Assembly (NCBI GenBank): GCA_934700895.1
Contig: CAKUXV010000001.1
Span: forward strand, 60,070-124,069
Length of the DNA stretch: 64,000 nt
Reading direction: 5' to 3'
Origin: an uncultured Bacilli bacterium
GTDB lineage: Bacteria > Bacillota_I > Bacilli_A > RFN20 > CAG-826
The translations under genes were made by a program, and so were the position numbers. Under the pieces are notes generated by a model. The model worked only from the letters and a program-made list of their open reading frames with translations, searched no databases and was not told the DNA's origin. Below are positions 9,857 to 20,241 of the stretch, in pieces. Every line of letters begins with the position of its first letter. Positions within the stretch are counted from its first letter, which is position 1.

Positions 9857-10392
9857 AGAAGAGAACTTTCTTGAAGCGGGGATAAGATGATACGCCCCGC
9901 TTTTCTTGTTTGGGGGATATCGATGATCCGTTGATTGGTAGACCCGCGGAAATTTAAAGAGATGTTTTTGTTTTCTTCTTGAAAGGGTCCATCCACGAGG
10001 ATATCAATTTTATCTAAAATGGAATTCGTGAAGGGCGTGTAGCGTTTTCCGCCTGGCAAAAGGTCTTCGTAATGGAATCCGGTATACATCCAAATGGTCT
10101 TTTTAGGGTTCATTTCGTGGACGCGTTTAACTAAAGGGAGAAGGGCGGGCTGATTTTCGATTTCAAAGGGTTCGCCTCCTAAAATCGTTAATCCGTCGTA
10201 GTAGGATTTTTTTAGTTCTTCGATGATTTTATCTTCCACCTCTTGGGTATAGGGCTCTCCAAAAGAGAAGTCCCAAGTTTCGGGCTGAAAGCATCCCGGA
10301 CAATGATTCGTGCATCCCGAAACAAATAAGGTGAGACGAATCCCCACTCCGTTAGCACTGTCGGCGATCATGATTTGTCCGTAATGCATCAT
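9853..10392 (-). CDS. nrdG: Anaerobic ribonucleoside-triphosphate reductase activating protein (radical SAM)
   Basis: MMHYGQIMIADSANGVGIRLTLFVSGCTNHCPGCFQPETW carries the CxxxCxxC radical-SAM cluster. It lies immediately downstream of nrdD. The start was chosen at the MMHYGQ methionine. Confidence 0.85.
   Translation of the reverse strand: MMHYGQIMIADSANGVGIRLTLFVSGCTNHCPGCFQPETWDFSFGEPYTQEVEDKIIEELKKSYYDGLTILGGEPFEIENQPALLPLVKRVHEMNPKKTIWMYTGFHYEDLLPGGKRYTPFTNSILDKIDILVDGPFQEENKNISLNFRGSTNQRIIDIPQTRKAGRIILSPLQESSLL
9873..9910. terminator. Hairpin plus T-tract downstream of the GH95 gene (lies inside the 3' end of convergent nrdG)
   Basis: AAGCGGGG-loop-CCCCGCTT followed by TTTCTTGTTT. Confidence 0.35.
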
Positions 10393-10437
10393 TGTCCTCC
10401 TATCGAAAAGCCACAAGGAATCCCTGTGGCTTCTATT

Positions 10438-12753
10438 CTACTTGTTTTCTTCCGCTTTTTTCTTTTCGGCTTCTTCGTCCAAGGTGTCTAGGCTTAGGTG
10501 CAGGACGCGGTCTTGGATTTCCTGCGTGCGGCCTTGATTCCAGAACTGGGTGCCGATATATCCGCAGGTTCTACGGGCGACGTGCATCTTGCTTTGGTCG
10601 CGGTTGCCACAATTGGGGCATTCCCAAACAAGTTTTCCGGTTTCGTCTTTGACGATTTTGATTTCGCCGGTATAGCCGCAATTCTCACAAAGGTCGCTCT
10701 TGGTGTTGAGCTCCGCGTAGACGATCGTGTTGTAGATATGTTTCATGATTGCAAGAACCGCAGGGATGTTATTCTGCATGTTCGGAACTTCAACATAGCT
10801 CACGGCTCCGCCCGGAGAAAGCTGTTGGAACTGAGCTTCCTTGGTCAATTTATCGAAGGCGTTGATCTTTTCACGGACATTGACGTGATAAGAATTGGTG
10901 ATGTAGTTATGGTCGGTGACCCCGGGGATGATGCCGAAACGCTTCTGGAGGCACTTGGCGAATTTGTAGGTTGTGGATTCCAAAGGAGTACCATAGACGG
11001 AGTAGTCGATGTTTTCCTCTCTCTTCCATTTAGCGCAGGAATCATTGAGAAGTTTCATGACGCGAATGCCGAATTCTTCGCCTTCTCCAGAAGTGTGGGA
11101 AATGCCTTTCATGTAATAGACGCATTCGGCGAGTCCGGCATAGCCCAAAGAAATCGTGGAATAGCCATTGAAGAGAAGCTTATCAATGGTTTCTCCTGGC
11201 TTTAAGCGGGCCAAAGCCCCATCTTGCCAAAGAATCGGAGCTACGTCACTGGGGGTGCCGAGCAAACGTTTGTGCCGAAGTTGCAAAGCACGGTGGCAGA
11301 GTTCCAGACGATCGTGGAAGATCTCCCAGAATCGTTCTTCGTCTTTGCCGCTAGAGCAAGCGACATCAACGAGGTTAATGGTGACAACGCCCTGATTGAA
11401 ACGGCCATAGTAGCGGTGCTTGCCGGGAACGTAATCCAAAGCATTTGCAATGTTGCCAATGCCCGCATCGGTGAAGCGGTCCGGAGTTAAGAAGGAACGG
11501 CAGCCCATGCAGGGATAGCAATCGCCCTTCAATTCGAACATCTTCTTTTCGGAGATGTAGTCGGGGACCATACGCTTGGCCGTGCATTCCGCGGCCAATT
11601 TTGTCAAATAAAAATAGGGAGTGCCTTCATCGATGTTATCGTCCTGGAGGACGTAGATGAGCTTAGGGAAAGCCGGGGTGATATATTGCCCAGTGCGGTC
11701 TTTAACTCCAAGGATACGTTGCTTGAGCATGACTTCGATAATGAGAGCGAGGTCATCCCGAGTGCGGCCTTCCGGGACTTCGTGGAGATAGAGGAAAACG
11801 GTCACGAAAGGAGCTTGGCCGTTGGTGGATTGCAAGGTGATCAGCTGATATTGGATGGTTTGGCAGCCCGTTTCGATTTCCTTGCGGACTTCTTGTTCCA
11901 CCAAGTGATTGAATTTATCGCTGGAGGTTTCGATGCCGGCGGCTTCGAATTCCGCTTTCAAACGTTTGGCGATTCTCTTGCGCGAAACGTCGACAAACGG
12001 AGCCAAGTGGCTCATGGTGATGGTTTGTCCACCATATTGGCTCGAAGCGACCTGAGCTACGATTTGGCTGGCGACGGTGCAAGCGACGGAGAAGCTATGC
12101 GGGGTATCGATATGAGTGCCCGAAATGCAGGTTCCATTTTGAAGCATGTCGTCGAGATTGACGAGGTCACAGTTGTGCTCGTGCTGGGCAAAATAGTCGG
12201 CGTCGTGGAAGTGGATGATGCCTTCGCGGTGAGCTTGAACGATGTCGTCGCTAAGCAAATAACGGCCTGTATAATAACGGCTCCATTCTCCAGCCATGTA
12301 GTCGCGTTGAACGGAAAGAATCGTCGGATTCTTGTTGGAGTTTTCTTGTTTGACCTCTTCGTTAGAACGTTCGACAACGCCAGCGATTTTTTGGTCGATG
12401 TCGCTCATTTTTCGGTTCTCGCCGTGCTTATATCGATAGGTGATGTAAAGACGGGCAACCTTATATTTGCCGGTGCCCATCAAGGCATCCTCGACTTTGT
12501 CTTGAATTTCTTCTACGGACAAATCGCGCCCCGCATTCGCGGCATCCTTCATGATGCCATAGGCGATTCCATTGATTTGCTCTTCGGTTAGACGTTCGGA
12601 AACGATGCCTTCTTCTTCGTTAGCACCGCGGATAGCTTCCACGATTTTCATGCGATCAAAACCCATGCGTTCGCCCGAACGCTTCATGACGCAGATTTTT
12701 GGTTCCTCAATATCTAAGTTCCCATCGAGACTTTCGTCGTAAATAGCTGTCAT
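10438..12753 (-). CDS. nrdD: Anaerobic ribonucleoside-triphosphate reductase (class III RNR)
   Basis: N-terminal ATP-cone (KRSGERMGFDRMKIVEAI). The C-terminus has the glycyl-radical motif RTCGYIG and the zinc ribbon CENCGY...CPNCGN. Start chosen at MTAIYDES, which has a GAGGAG RBS. Confidence 0.9.
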   Translation of the reverse strand: MTAIYDESLDGNLDIEEPKICVMKRSGERMGFDRMKIVEAIRGANEEEGIVSERLTEEQINGIAYGIMKDAANAGRDLSVEEIQDKVEDALMGTGKYKVARLYITYRYKHGENRKMSDIDQKIAGVVERSNEEVKQENSNKNPTILSVQRDYMAGEWSRYYTGRYLLSDDIVQAHREGIIHFHDADYFAQHEHNCDLVNLDDMLQNGTCISGTHIDTPHSFSVACTVASQIVAQVASSQYGGQTITMSHLAPFVDVSRKRIAKRLKAEFEAAGIETSSDKFNHLVEQEVRKEIETGCQTIQYQLITLQSTNGQAPFVTVFLYLHEVPEGRTRDDLALIIEVMLKQRILGVKDRTGQYITPAFPKLIYVLQDDNIDEGTPYFYLTKLAAECTAKRMVPDYISEKKMFELKGDCYPCMGCRSFLTPDRFTDAGIGNIANALDYVPGKHRYYGRFNQGVVTINLVDVACSSGKDEERFWEIFHDRLELCHRALQLRHKRLLGTPSDVAPILWQDGALARLKPGETIDKLLFNGYSTISLGYAGLAECVYYMKGISHTSGEGEEFGIRVMKLLNDSCAKWKREENIDYSVYGTPLESTTYKFAKCLQKRFGIIPGVTDHNYITNSYHVNVREKINAFDKLTKEAQFQQLSPGGAVSYVEVPNMQNNIPAVLAIMKHIYNTIVYAELNTKSDLCENCGYTGEIKIVKDETGKLVWECPNCGNRDQSKMHVARRTCGYIGTQFWNQGRTQEIQDRVLHLSLDTLDEEAEKKKAEENK

Positions 12754-12996
12754 AACGATACTCCTCAAGACGCTAGAGAAAGACAAGCGTCCTTCTCTTT
12801 CATTGCTGACGAGTCCTCATTTTAGGCGCGCAAGAGAATGTTGCAACAAGAGAGGACCAAAGTTTTGACAACGTCCTATAAAGAGGTCAAAAAGCCCGAA
12901 AAATTGGGAAAGGAGCTTTGGGTTATTTTGCTTGATTTCTTCTTTCTTCCATGTATCTTGCTAGAGTCGATATTGAAACGCTCGACATTGCTATTT

Positions 12997-13683
12997 ATGA
13001 AAACCAAGACGCCATGCCAACAATGCCCTTCTCCATGCGTATCTGCATGGCTTTTTGAGGAAGACCAAAAGCAAGGGAAAAAGGATTCGCTTTTTGCTTC
13101 GGCTATTCGGTCGACGTATCAAAAAGGCGATGCGATTTTTTCTCTTGGCGATCCTGCAGACTCCCTTTATTTGATCCATAAAGGGAATATCAAACTCGTG
13201 AATTACGATTCGGATGGTAGGGAAAAGATTGTCGCGTTTTTTGGCAAGGGTGAATGGATTTGGGAGGGATTATTCCTCGAACAGCCCACATTCCCCTTTC
13301 ATGGTGTTGCCATGGATGAAGTGGTGGTTTGCAAAGTCCCAGCTTCCATTGTTCGGAATCATCTAAAAGACGGGCGTGGCGCCTTGTCCGTCATCGAGAT
13401 TCTTTCGAAAAAACTCCACGATGCGAATGAGCGGAATATGATTCTTTCTACGACGGACCCCAAAGCCAAGATTGCTCGACTATTTGCTTATCGCGCTTCC
13501 CAATTTCATAGTGATTCCTTTTCGATGAAATTAAGTGACATCGCTTCGGCGGTATCCCTTCGCCCCGAGACCGTATCCCGAAAAATCGGCGAATTGCTTC
13601 AAGAAGGTGTTCTTGAAAAGAAGAGCCGTTCCCATTTCCGGATTTGCGATTTCGATGCGTTGGTGGAAATCGCCAATTCTTGA
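12997..13683 (+). CDS. fnr: Crp/Fnr-family transcriptional regulator, FNR-like (putative O2-sensing Fe-S regulator)
   Basis: The cNMP-binding-like beta-roll (DSLYLIHKGNIKLVNYDSDGREKIVAFFGKGEWIWEG) is present. N-terminal Cys-x2-Cys-x3-Cys plus a fourth Cys about 98 residues later mirrors the E. coli FNR cluster spacing. The C-terminal HTH has the recognition helix ETVSR (E..SR, FNR-type specificity). Start chosen at MKTKTPCQQC. Confidence 0.75.
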   Translation: MKTKTPCQQCPSPCVSAWLFEEDQKQGKKDSLFASAIRSTYQKGDAIFSLGDPADSLYLIHKGNIKLVNYDSDGREKIVAFFGKGEWIWEGLFLEQPTFPFHGVAMDEVVVCKVPASIVRNHLKDGRGALSVIEILSKKLHDANERNMILSTTDPKAKIARLFAYRASQFHSDSFSMKLSDIASAVSLRPETVSRKIGELLQEGVLEKKSRSHFRICDFDALVEIANS

Positions 13684-13693
13684 TTGAAATCAA
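13680..13693. promoter_or_regulatory. FNR box TTGATTGAAATCAA upstream of pflA
   Basis: Perfect TTGAT-N4-ATCAA palindrome, about 50 nt upstream of the pflA ATG and just after the fnr stop. Confidence 0.7.
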
Positions 13694-13743
13694 GGAATTT
13701 TTGATATTTTGGAAAGATAATAAGCACGTTGAAAGGATTTTTG

Positions 13744-14484
13744 ATGCAAGGAAACATTCATTCGATCGAAACATTTGGATCCCTGGATGGTCCAGGAATC
13801 CGTTTTGTTATCTTTTTGAAGGGCTGCCCCTTGCGTTGCCTTTATTGTCATAACCCCGATACGTGGGCGACTCCCGGCGGGGAACTTCGCTCGGCGGATT
13901 CGATTCTGGAACAGGCATTACGTTACCAATCCTATTGGGGTGAAGAAGGCGGCATCACCGTCAGCGGGGGAGAACCCTTGCTTCAAATCGAATTCTTGAC
14001 GGAGTTATTTACGAAAGCCAAGAAAAAAAGGATATCCACCTGCATCGACACATCAGGATCGCCGTTTACAAGAGAAGAGCCATTCTTCTCCCGCTTTCAA
14101 AGCCTTATGAAGGTGACGGACTTGCTGCTTGTCGACATCAAGGAAATCAATGACAAAAAGCACCGTGTCCTGACGGGAAGAAGCAACGAAAATATTCTAG
14201 ATATGCTTCATTACTTGGATGAAATCCATAAACCTGTGTGGATTCGCCATGTCTTAGTGCCTGGATACACGGATTTCGACGAGGATTTGAAAGCAACGAG
14301 CCGCTTCATCGATAGTCTTCATAACGTAGAACGGGTTGAAGTGCTCCCCTTCCATAAAATGGGAGAATTCAAGTGGAAGGAACTTCATTTGGATTATTCG
14401 CTTGGGGAGGTAGAGCCCCCATCGAATGAACGAGTGAAAAACGCGGAAAACATTCTTAGAAAAAAACGAAGCGAAATTGATTGA
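13744..14484 (+). CDS. pflA: Pyruvate formate-lyase activating enzyme (radical SAM)
   Basis: [41 protein letters not shown] has the CxxxCxxC cluster and the typical PflA N-terminus. Confidence 0.9.
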   Translation: MQGNIHSIETFGSLDGPGIRFVIFLKGCPLRCLYCHNPDTWATPGGELRSADSILEQALRYQSYWGEEGGITVSGGEPLLQIEFLTELFTKAKKKRISTCIDTSGSPFTREEPFFSRFQSLMKVTDLLLVDIKEINDKKHRVLTGRSNENILDMLHYLDEIHKPVWIRHVLVPGYTDFDEDLKATSRFIDSLHNVERVEVLPFHKMGEFKWKELHLDYSLGEVEPPSNERVKNAENILRKKRSEID

Positions 14485-14490
14485 AATCAA
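14477..14490. promoter_or_regulatory. FNR box TTGATTGAAATCAA upstream of pflB
   Basis: Second identical perfect TTGAT-N4-ATCAA palindrome, 55 nt upstream of the pflB ATG. Confidence 0.7.
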
Positions 14491-14545
14491 AGAATCGCTG
14501 CCTCTAAACTCTCAAAATATTGCACGTTCCCACAGGAGGGAAAAC

Positions 14546-16798
14546 ATGGAACAAAAATTACAATGGGAGGGCTTTGCCCCCGGACACTGGAATGAAGACG
14601 TCAATGTCCGTGACTTCATTCAACGCAATTATACGGAATATCAAGGAGACGCATCCTTTTTGGAGGGGCCAAGTAATGCGACCGAAACGCTTTGGAACAT
14701 GGTGCAGGATTTGCAGCATCAAGAACGTGCAAAAGGCGGAGTTTTGGACATGGAAACCGAGGTTGTTTCCTCTATTAATGCCTACGGCCCCGCTTATATT
14801 GGCGAAAAAACCAAAGAATTAGAGAAAGTAGTTGGCCTCCAAACCGACAAGCCATTAAAGCGCGCCTTTATGCCTTATGGTGGCATTAAGATGGCAGAAA
14901 AAGCCTGCCAAACCTATGGCTATACCCCCAATCCCGAACTCCACAAAATCTTCACGGATTATCACAAGACTCACAACCAGGCGGTCTTCGATGCTTATAC
15001 TCCGGAGATGAAATTGGTCCGTCACAACAAAATCTTAACGGGTCTTCCTGATGCCTATGGCCGCGGCAGAATCGTTGGCGATTATCGCCGCATCGCCCTT
15101 TACGGCATTGATTTCTTGCTGCAACAAAAAGAAGAAGACCTCGCCGAATGCGGAGACGGCACGATGACGGAGGACGTCATCCGCTTGCGCGAAGAAATCG
15201 CGGATCAGATGAAGGCCCTTCGTGAAATGAAACAAATGGCTGCCTCGTTTGGTTTTGATATTTCTCAACCGGCCAAAGACGCCAAAGAAGCGGTGCAATG
15301 GCTCTATTTTGGTTACCTCGCCGCTATCCGCACGCAAAATGGCGCGGCGATGTCGGTAGGTCGCATCTCCACGTTCCTTGATATTTATATCGAACGCGAT
15401 TTACGCAAGGGCCTCATTACCGAAGCGGAAGCCCAAGAGCTCATCGACCATTTGGTCATGAAGCTCCGCATGGTTAAATTTGCTCGCATCCCCTCCTACA
15501 ATCAACTTTTCTCTGGCGACCCCGTTTGGGCGACCCTCGAAGTTGGCGGCATGGGGCAAGATGGCCGCAGCTTAGTGACCAAAAGCGATTTCCGTTTCCT
15601 CCACACTTTGGAGAACATGGGACCTGCTCCGGAACCCAACCTCACGGTTTTGTATTCCAAACGCCTCCCTGCCGGATTTAAGTCCTATGCGGCGAATATC
15701 TCGGTGAAAACCAGTTCCATTCAATATGAAAACGATGATGTGATGCGCCCGGTTTGGGGAGATGATTATTCGATTTGCTGCTGCGTCTCCGCGACGGAAA
15801 CGGGCAAGGAAATGCAATTCTTCGGTGCACGCGCGAACTTGGCTAAATGCTTGTTATACGCGATCAATGGCGGCGTTGACGAAAAAACGCACGACCAAGT
15901 GGGTCCGCGTTATCGCCCGATTACTTCCGAATATTTGGATTACGAAGAAGTCATGGAGCGTTATGACGACATGATGGAATGGCTCGCGGGCATTTACGTC
16001 AATGTCTTGAACCTCATCCAATACATGCACGACCGTTATTATTACGAGGCGGCTGAAATGGCTCTCATCGATACGGATGTCCGTCGCACGTTTGCTACGG
16101 GTATCGCGGGTTTCTCCCATGTTGTCGATAGTCTTTCCGCGATTCGCTATGCCAAAGTGAAAACCATCCGCGACGAAACGGGCTTGGTGGTTGATTATGA
16201 AATTGAGGGCGACTTCCCTCGTTACGGCAATGACGATGACCGCGTGGACAATATTGCTGTATGGTTATTGAAGACCTTCATGAAGAAGATCAAAAAACAC
16301 CACACCTATCGCGATTCCGAACCCACGACTTCGATCCTGACGATCACTTCCAACGTCGTTTACGGCAAAGCCACGGGTTCGATGCCGGATGGCCGCAAAG
16401 CGGGAGAACCACTCTCCCCGGGCGCCAACCCCGCTTATGGAGCGGAGAAAAACGGCTTGCTTGCCTCCCTCAACTCGGTGGCAAAACTCCCCTATGAATA
16501 TGCTTTGGATGGTATTTCCAACACGCAGACGATTGCCCCGAATACCCTTGGAAAAACGGATGCGGAACGAGTGAAAAACCTCGTTTCTGTCCTCGATGGC
16601 TATTTTGATAAAGGCGCCCATCACCTTAACGTCAACGTCTTTGGGATCGATAAACTCAAAGACGCGATGGAACACCCGGAAAAACCGGAATATGCGAATT
16701 TCACAATCCGCGTCTCTGGCTATGCGGTCAAATTCATCGATTTGACGAAAGAACAACAGTTAGACGTTATCGCTCGCCATGCGCACGAATCGCTCTAA
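14546..16798 (+). CDS. pflB: Formate C-acetyltransferase (pyruvate formate-lyase)
   Basis: About 750 aa. The C-terminal glycyl-radical motif RVSGYAVKF is present and the active-site CC dyad sits in ...YSICCCVSA.... AGGAGGG RBS precedes the ATG at 14546. Confidence 0.9.
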   Translation: MEQKLQWEGFAPGHWNEDVNVRDFIQRNYTEYQGDASFLEGPSNATETLWNMVQDLQHQERAKGGVLDMETEVVSSINAYGPAYIGEKTKELEKVVGLQTDKPLKRAFMPYGGIKMAEKACQTYGYTPNPELHKIFTDYHKTHNQAVFDAYTPEMKLVRHNKILTGLPDAYGRGRIVGDYRRIALYGIDFLLQQKEEDLAECGDGTMTEDVIRLREEIADQMKALREMKQMAASFGFDISQPAKDAKEAVQWLYFGYLAAIRTQNGAAMSVGRISTFLDIYIERDLRKGLITEAEAQELIDHLVMKLRMVKFARIPSYNQLFSGDPVWATLEVGGMGQDGRSLVTKSDFRFLHTLENMGPAPEPNLTVLYSKRLPAGFKSYAANISVKTSSIQYENDDVMRPVWGDDYSICCCVSATETGKEMQFFGARANLAKCLLYAINGGVDEKTHDQVGPRYRPITSEYLDYEEVMERYDDMMEWLAGIYVNVLNLIQYMHDRYYYEAAEMALIDTDVRRTFATGIAGFSHVVDSLSAIRYAKVKTIRDETGLVVDYEIEGDFPRYGNDDDRVDNIAVWLLKTFMKKIKKHHTYRDSEPTTSILTITSNVVYGKATGSMPDGRKAGEPLSPGANPAYGAEKNGLLASLNSVAKLPYEYALDGISNTQTIAPNTLGKTDAERVKNLVSVLDGYFDKGAHHLNVNVFGIDKLKDAMEHPEKPEYANFTIRVSGYAVKFIDLTKEQQLDVIARHAHESL

Positions 16799-16813
16799 TT
16801 GGCAGGACAACAT

Positions 16814-16846
16814 AAAACCGGCAGGTCGCCCCTGCCGGTTTTTGTT
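16814..16846. terminator. Bidirectional rho-independent terminator between pflB and degV
   Basis: AAAACCGGCAGG-tcgcc-CCTGCCGGTTTTTGTT; A-tract before and T-tract after the hairpin. Confidence 0.7.
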
Positions 16847-16857
16847 AGAAATGCGAA

Positions 16858-17742
16858 TTATTTCGCGCGGCTTTTGCCCCAAAAGAAGAGGGCGACCGTG
16901 CCAGGTCCCGTATGGGATCCAATCGTGGTTCCGATGGAATGGATGACAACCTTGCCGTTCATGTTCTTGAATTTTTCGTCGACCATGTTCTTCACCGGCA
17001 TCGCAAGATCCATGCAGTGGGACATTGAGATAAAGACTTTTCCGTCATAGTCGAGCCCATCGTTTGCGTTTTCGACCATTTTCTCTACAATCCGCTTTTC
17101 CACCTTCTTGGTTCCGTGGACTTTTTCTAAGGGGATAAGCTTTCCGTTTTCGTCCATATGGAGTAAGGGGCAAATGTTAAGCAAGTTCCCGAGGAATCCA
17201 GCGACGGGGGAAACACGACCGCCGCGAACATAATATTTCAAATCGGTGGAGAAGAAGAAATGATGGAGTTCAAGACGGTGCTTCTCGGCCCAATCGCCTA
17301 ACTCGTCTAATCCCATGCCTTCATCCCGTAGATCGGCTAATTTATCCATGAACAAGCCGTAACCGCTGGAAGCACCTAAACTATCCACGATACGGATTTT
17401 GCGTTCGGGGAATTGTTCCTTGAGCATTTCCGCAGCGAGGTTAGCTGAATTGTATTCGCCGCTTAATCCGCTGGAAAGGCTGACGTGCAAGATGTCTTTT
17501 CCTTCTTGGAGGAATGGCGTGAAGTAGTCGATGTAGTCTCCAGCGGAGGGTTGGCTGGTTTTGGTCATCTCGCCCTTAGCCATGCGTTCATAGAATTCAT
17601 CGAAGGGGATGGAATGCCCTAAATCATCGATGTAATCGACTCCATTGAGGTTGAAATGGAAACAAAGGTAATGGATATTCCGATTATGGAATTCCTCTTT
17701 GGTAAGGTCGGCGGTAGAGGTAGCGCTAAGTATATAGTTCAT
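16858..17742 (-). CDS. DegV family fatty-acid-binding protein
   Basis: MNYILSATSTADLTKEEF...NIHYLCFHFNLNG fits the DegV/DUF194 architecture. Start chosen at MNYIL. Confidence 0.8.
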   Translation of the reverse strand: MNYILSATSTADLTKEEFHNRNIHYLCFHFNLNGVDYIDDLGHSIPFDEFYERMAKGEMTKTSQPSAGDYIDYFTPFLQEGKDILHVSLSSGLSGEYNSANLAAEMLKEQFPERKIRIVDSLGASSGYGLFMDKLADLRDEGMGLDELGDWAEKHRLELHHFFFSTDLKYYVRGGRVSPVAGFLGNLLNICPLLHMDENGKLIPLEKVHGTKKVEKRIVEKMVENANDGLDYDGKVFISMSHCMDLAMPVKNMVDEKFKNMNGKVVIHSIGTTIGSHTGPGTVALFFWGKSRAK

Positions 17743-17872
17743 AATACTAGTTCCTTTCGGTTTAAATCCTAGTATCTCGATGGGAAAAGTCAATACAAAT
17801 CGAGGTATTTCGTGGGCTTTTTTATCGAAAAAGAATGCGTAGAATTAAGGGAAATAAAAGGAGGAAACGTCC

Positions 17873-18622
17873 ATGCTGCAAAATCCTGAGAAAACGGTTG
17901 AAGAATTGATTCGATGGCTGGCGGATTATTTTGAGAATAACGGTCCAAAATGCAAGGCGGTCATTGGAATTTCTGGCGGAAAAGATTCCTCCGTATGCGC
18001 GGCCTTGTGCGTTAAAGCCCTTGGGAAAGAAAGGGTTTTAGGCGTTTTAATGCCCAACGGGGTTCAAAGCGATATTGAAGATGCTCGTTCCTTGGTCCAT
18101 TTTTTGGGCATTCCGTTTATGGAAATCAACATCCATGATGGGTTTCTTGGCATGAAAAAGGACGTGGAGGCGTCCTGTCCTTTGAGTCACGATGCCCTGA
18201 TCAATTTGCCACCCCGTTTGCGCATGGCGACTCTTTATGCCGTAGCGCAGTCCATAGAAGAGGGAGGACGTGTCATTAACACCTGCAATCGCAGCGAAGA
18301 TTATGTAGGCTATTCCACCAAATTCGGCGATTCCGCGGGGGACGTGAGTCCTTTAATGCTTCTTTTGGTGGAAGAAGTGAAACAAATCGGAAGGGTCCTT
18401 GGACTGCCATCCTATCTTGTGGATAAGACGCCAAGCGACGGCTTGTCTGGCTGCAGCGATGAAGATAAATTAGGATTCACCTATGCGACTTTGGACCACT
18501 ATATCCTAACGGGGGAATGCGTGGATTCGACAACGCAAGAAAGAATCGATCGATTGCATCAAATGAACCTGCATAAGCTCCTTCCGATGCCTCATTTTGA
18601 CCCCGGGAATGTCGGAAAATAA
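17873..18622 (+). CDS. nadE: NH3-dependent NAD+ synthetase
   Basis: The SGGxDS PP-loop sits in VIGISGGKDSSVCAAL. Length is about 250 aa. AAAAGGAGG RBS. Confidence 0.85.
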   Translation: MLQNPEKTVEELIRWLADYFENNGPKCKAVIGISGGKDSSVCAALCVKALGKERVLGVLMPNGVQSDIEDARSLVHFLGIPFMEINIHDGFLGMKKDVEASCPLSHDALINLPPRLRMATLYAVAQSIEEGGRVINTCNRSEDYVGYSTKFGDSAGDVSPLMLLLVEEVKQIGRVLGLPSYLVDKTPSDGLSGCSDEDKLGFTYATLDHYILTGECVDSTTQERIDRLHQMNLHKLLPMPHFDPGNVGK

Positions 18623-18705
18623 AATTTGGGATCCCCTTTCTTTTCCGCGTTTTCGTTGGGGATGGGTTTCATGTTCCTAGGAACTAGTCTAAAATAGACT
18701 AGCCC

Positions 18706-20241
18706 ATGGCCGAATATCAAATCAATACCAACCAAGAGCCACCTAAGAAAAAGTCTCAGCGGTTCAAATATCTCATCTACATCGTCGTCGTTCTCGTTGC
18801 CACCGCGATTTCTTTGGTCATTTCGCTTTGGGGCGATAATTTTAACGATGCCATGACAGCTTTTAGCCAAGCGGATTGGCGTTATGTTTTGGTAACGTTT
18901 GGCGTTGTGATCCTCACTTACTGCATCGAAGCGTTGATTCTGGTGATTTTTTGCCGTCTCTACACGAGAAAATATCGTTTTCATCAGGGCTTAGCTTGCG
19001 CTCTTGTTGGCCAATTCTATAGCGACGTCACTCCGGGGTCGAGCGGGGGGCAGGTCATGCAGGTTTATACGATGAAAAGTCAAGGAATCTTGGTGTCGAA
19101 CGGCGCGTCCATCATGGTCATGTTCTTCATTTTGTACCAGTCGGCGTTGATCATGTTTGGCGGGGTGGCCCTAATCTTTGAATGGAACACCATGATTGGA
19201 ATCAATCCAGTCATTTCGCTGTTCGACCATTCCTTCACCATCCCAATGTGGCCGCTTATCATCATTGGCTTTGTCATCAATTTGTCGGTTATCCTCATTT
19301 TGTTCGTCATGAGTTACAGCCACCGTCTCCACAATTTCATTTTGCATTACATCATCGGTTTTTTGGGGAAAATCCATCTTTTGAAACACCCAGATAAAAC
19401 ACGCGAATCCTTACGCGTTCAGGTTGAAAACTTCAAAATCGAGTTACGTCGCTTGCAGTCGAATATCCCTGTTTTGATTCTTCTTTTCACCTTATTCCTT
19501 ATTCTTATTTTCTTCCGTTTCTCCGTGCCTTATTTTTGTGGCCTTGCCATGCATGCATGGGGGGAAGAGACACATTTCGTCTTTGTTTCCACGAAAAACT
19601 ATGGAAATTCCATGGTCCGCGCTTCCTTCCTCATGGCCTTCCACCAAATGGTCACGGGTTTAATTCCGCTTCCTGGTAGCGCTGGCGTTGCTGAAATATT
19701 CTATAACGCCATCTTCACCAATTTCTTTGGTTCCAGCCAGGGCGTTATTTCAGCCACTCAGATCCTTTGGCGAAGCGCGACCTTCCACATCGTTTTATTG
19801 ATTTCTGGAATCGTCAGCGCCTTCTATCATTCTCGCGGAGGAGCCGCCCCCGAATTCGCTTCCAGAAAGACTTATGTTACCTTGCAGCTTGAAACCTTTG
19901 ACGAACGTAAACGTTCCGCGGATACCATGTATGAGACCAGCCAATTTTCTCGCAAGGAAATGCAACGTCGCCTAACGGCTACATTCCGCAAAAAGAGCGA
20001 GGAGGAGGCGGAAGCGTTGACGACGCAAGACCCTGTCAACTCGCACACGACCGATTTATCTTCCACCTACATGAAGGTTGGCCAAGAACCGGAAAAGGAG
20101 CAACGGAGAAGTCGTCGCCGCAACACGGAAACCAACCCTCTCCCCATCAAAGAAGAAAAACCCAAAAAGGTTAATCGCAAAAAAGAAAAGAAAAAGAAGG
20201 ACCAAAGCGAGGAATCCGGATGGTCCAACTGGGAGATTTAA
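18706..20241 (+). CDS. Flippase-like membrane protein (lysylphosphatidylglycerol-synthase TM-region / UPF0104 family) with a long basic disordered C-terminal tail
   Basis: Multiple TM helices carry the conserved GQFYSDVTPGSSGGQ and QVYTMKSQG motifs typical of the LPG_synthase_TM/YbhN family. The last ~150 aa are Lys/Arg/Glu-rich with no predicted structure. It overlaps the downstream GT4 gene by a few nt. Confidence 0.65.
   Translation: MAEYQINTNQEPPKKKSQRFKYLIYIVVVLVATAISLVISLWGDNFNDAMTAFSQADWRYVLVTFGVVILTYCIEALILVIFCRLYTRKYRFHQGLACALVGQFYSDVTPGSSGGQVMQVYTMKSQGILVSNGASIMVMFFILYQSALIMFGGVALIFEWNTMIGINPVISLFDHSFTIPMWPLIIIGFVINLSVILILFVMSYSHRLHNFILHYIIGFLGKIHLLKHPDKTRESLRVQVENFKIELRRLQSNIPVLILLFTLFLILIFFRFSVPYFCGLAMHAWGEETHFVFVSTKNYGNSMVRASFLMAFHQMVTGLIPLPGSAGVAEIFYNAIFTNFFGSSQGVISATQILWRSATFHIVLLISGIVSAFYHSRGGAAPEFASRKTYVTLQLETFDERKRSADTMYETSQFSRKEMQRRLTATFRKKSEEEAEALTTQDPVNSHTTDLSSTYMKVGQEPEKEQRRSRRRNTETNPLPIKEEKPKKVNRKKEKKKKDQSEESGWSNWEI

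Noticed and set aside
10498-12591. Plus-strand ORFs of 235 and 301 aa inside nrdD
   Set aside because: They are antisense to the well-conserved class III RNR gene. Their compositionally biased (Asp/Val/Phe-rich) translations are typical of the reverse frame of a real gene.
12787-12996. FNR box upstream of nrdD
   Set aside because: I looked for TTGAT-N4-ATCAA. Only half-sites (TTGATTTC) and a TTTTGAC-N16-GTCAAAA repeat are present, which is not a convincing FNR site.
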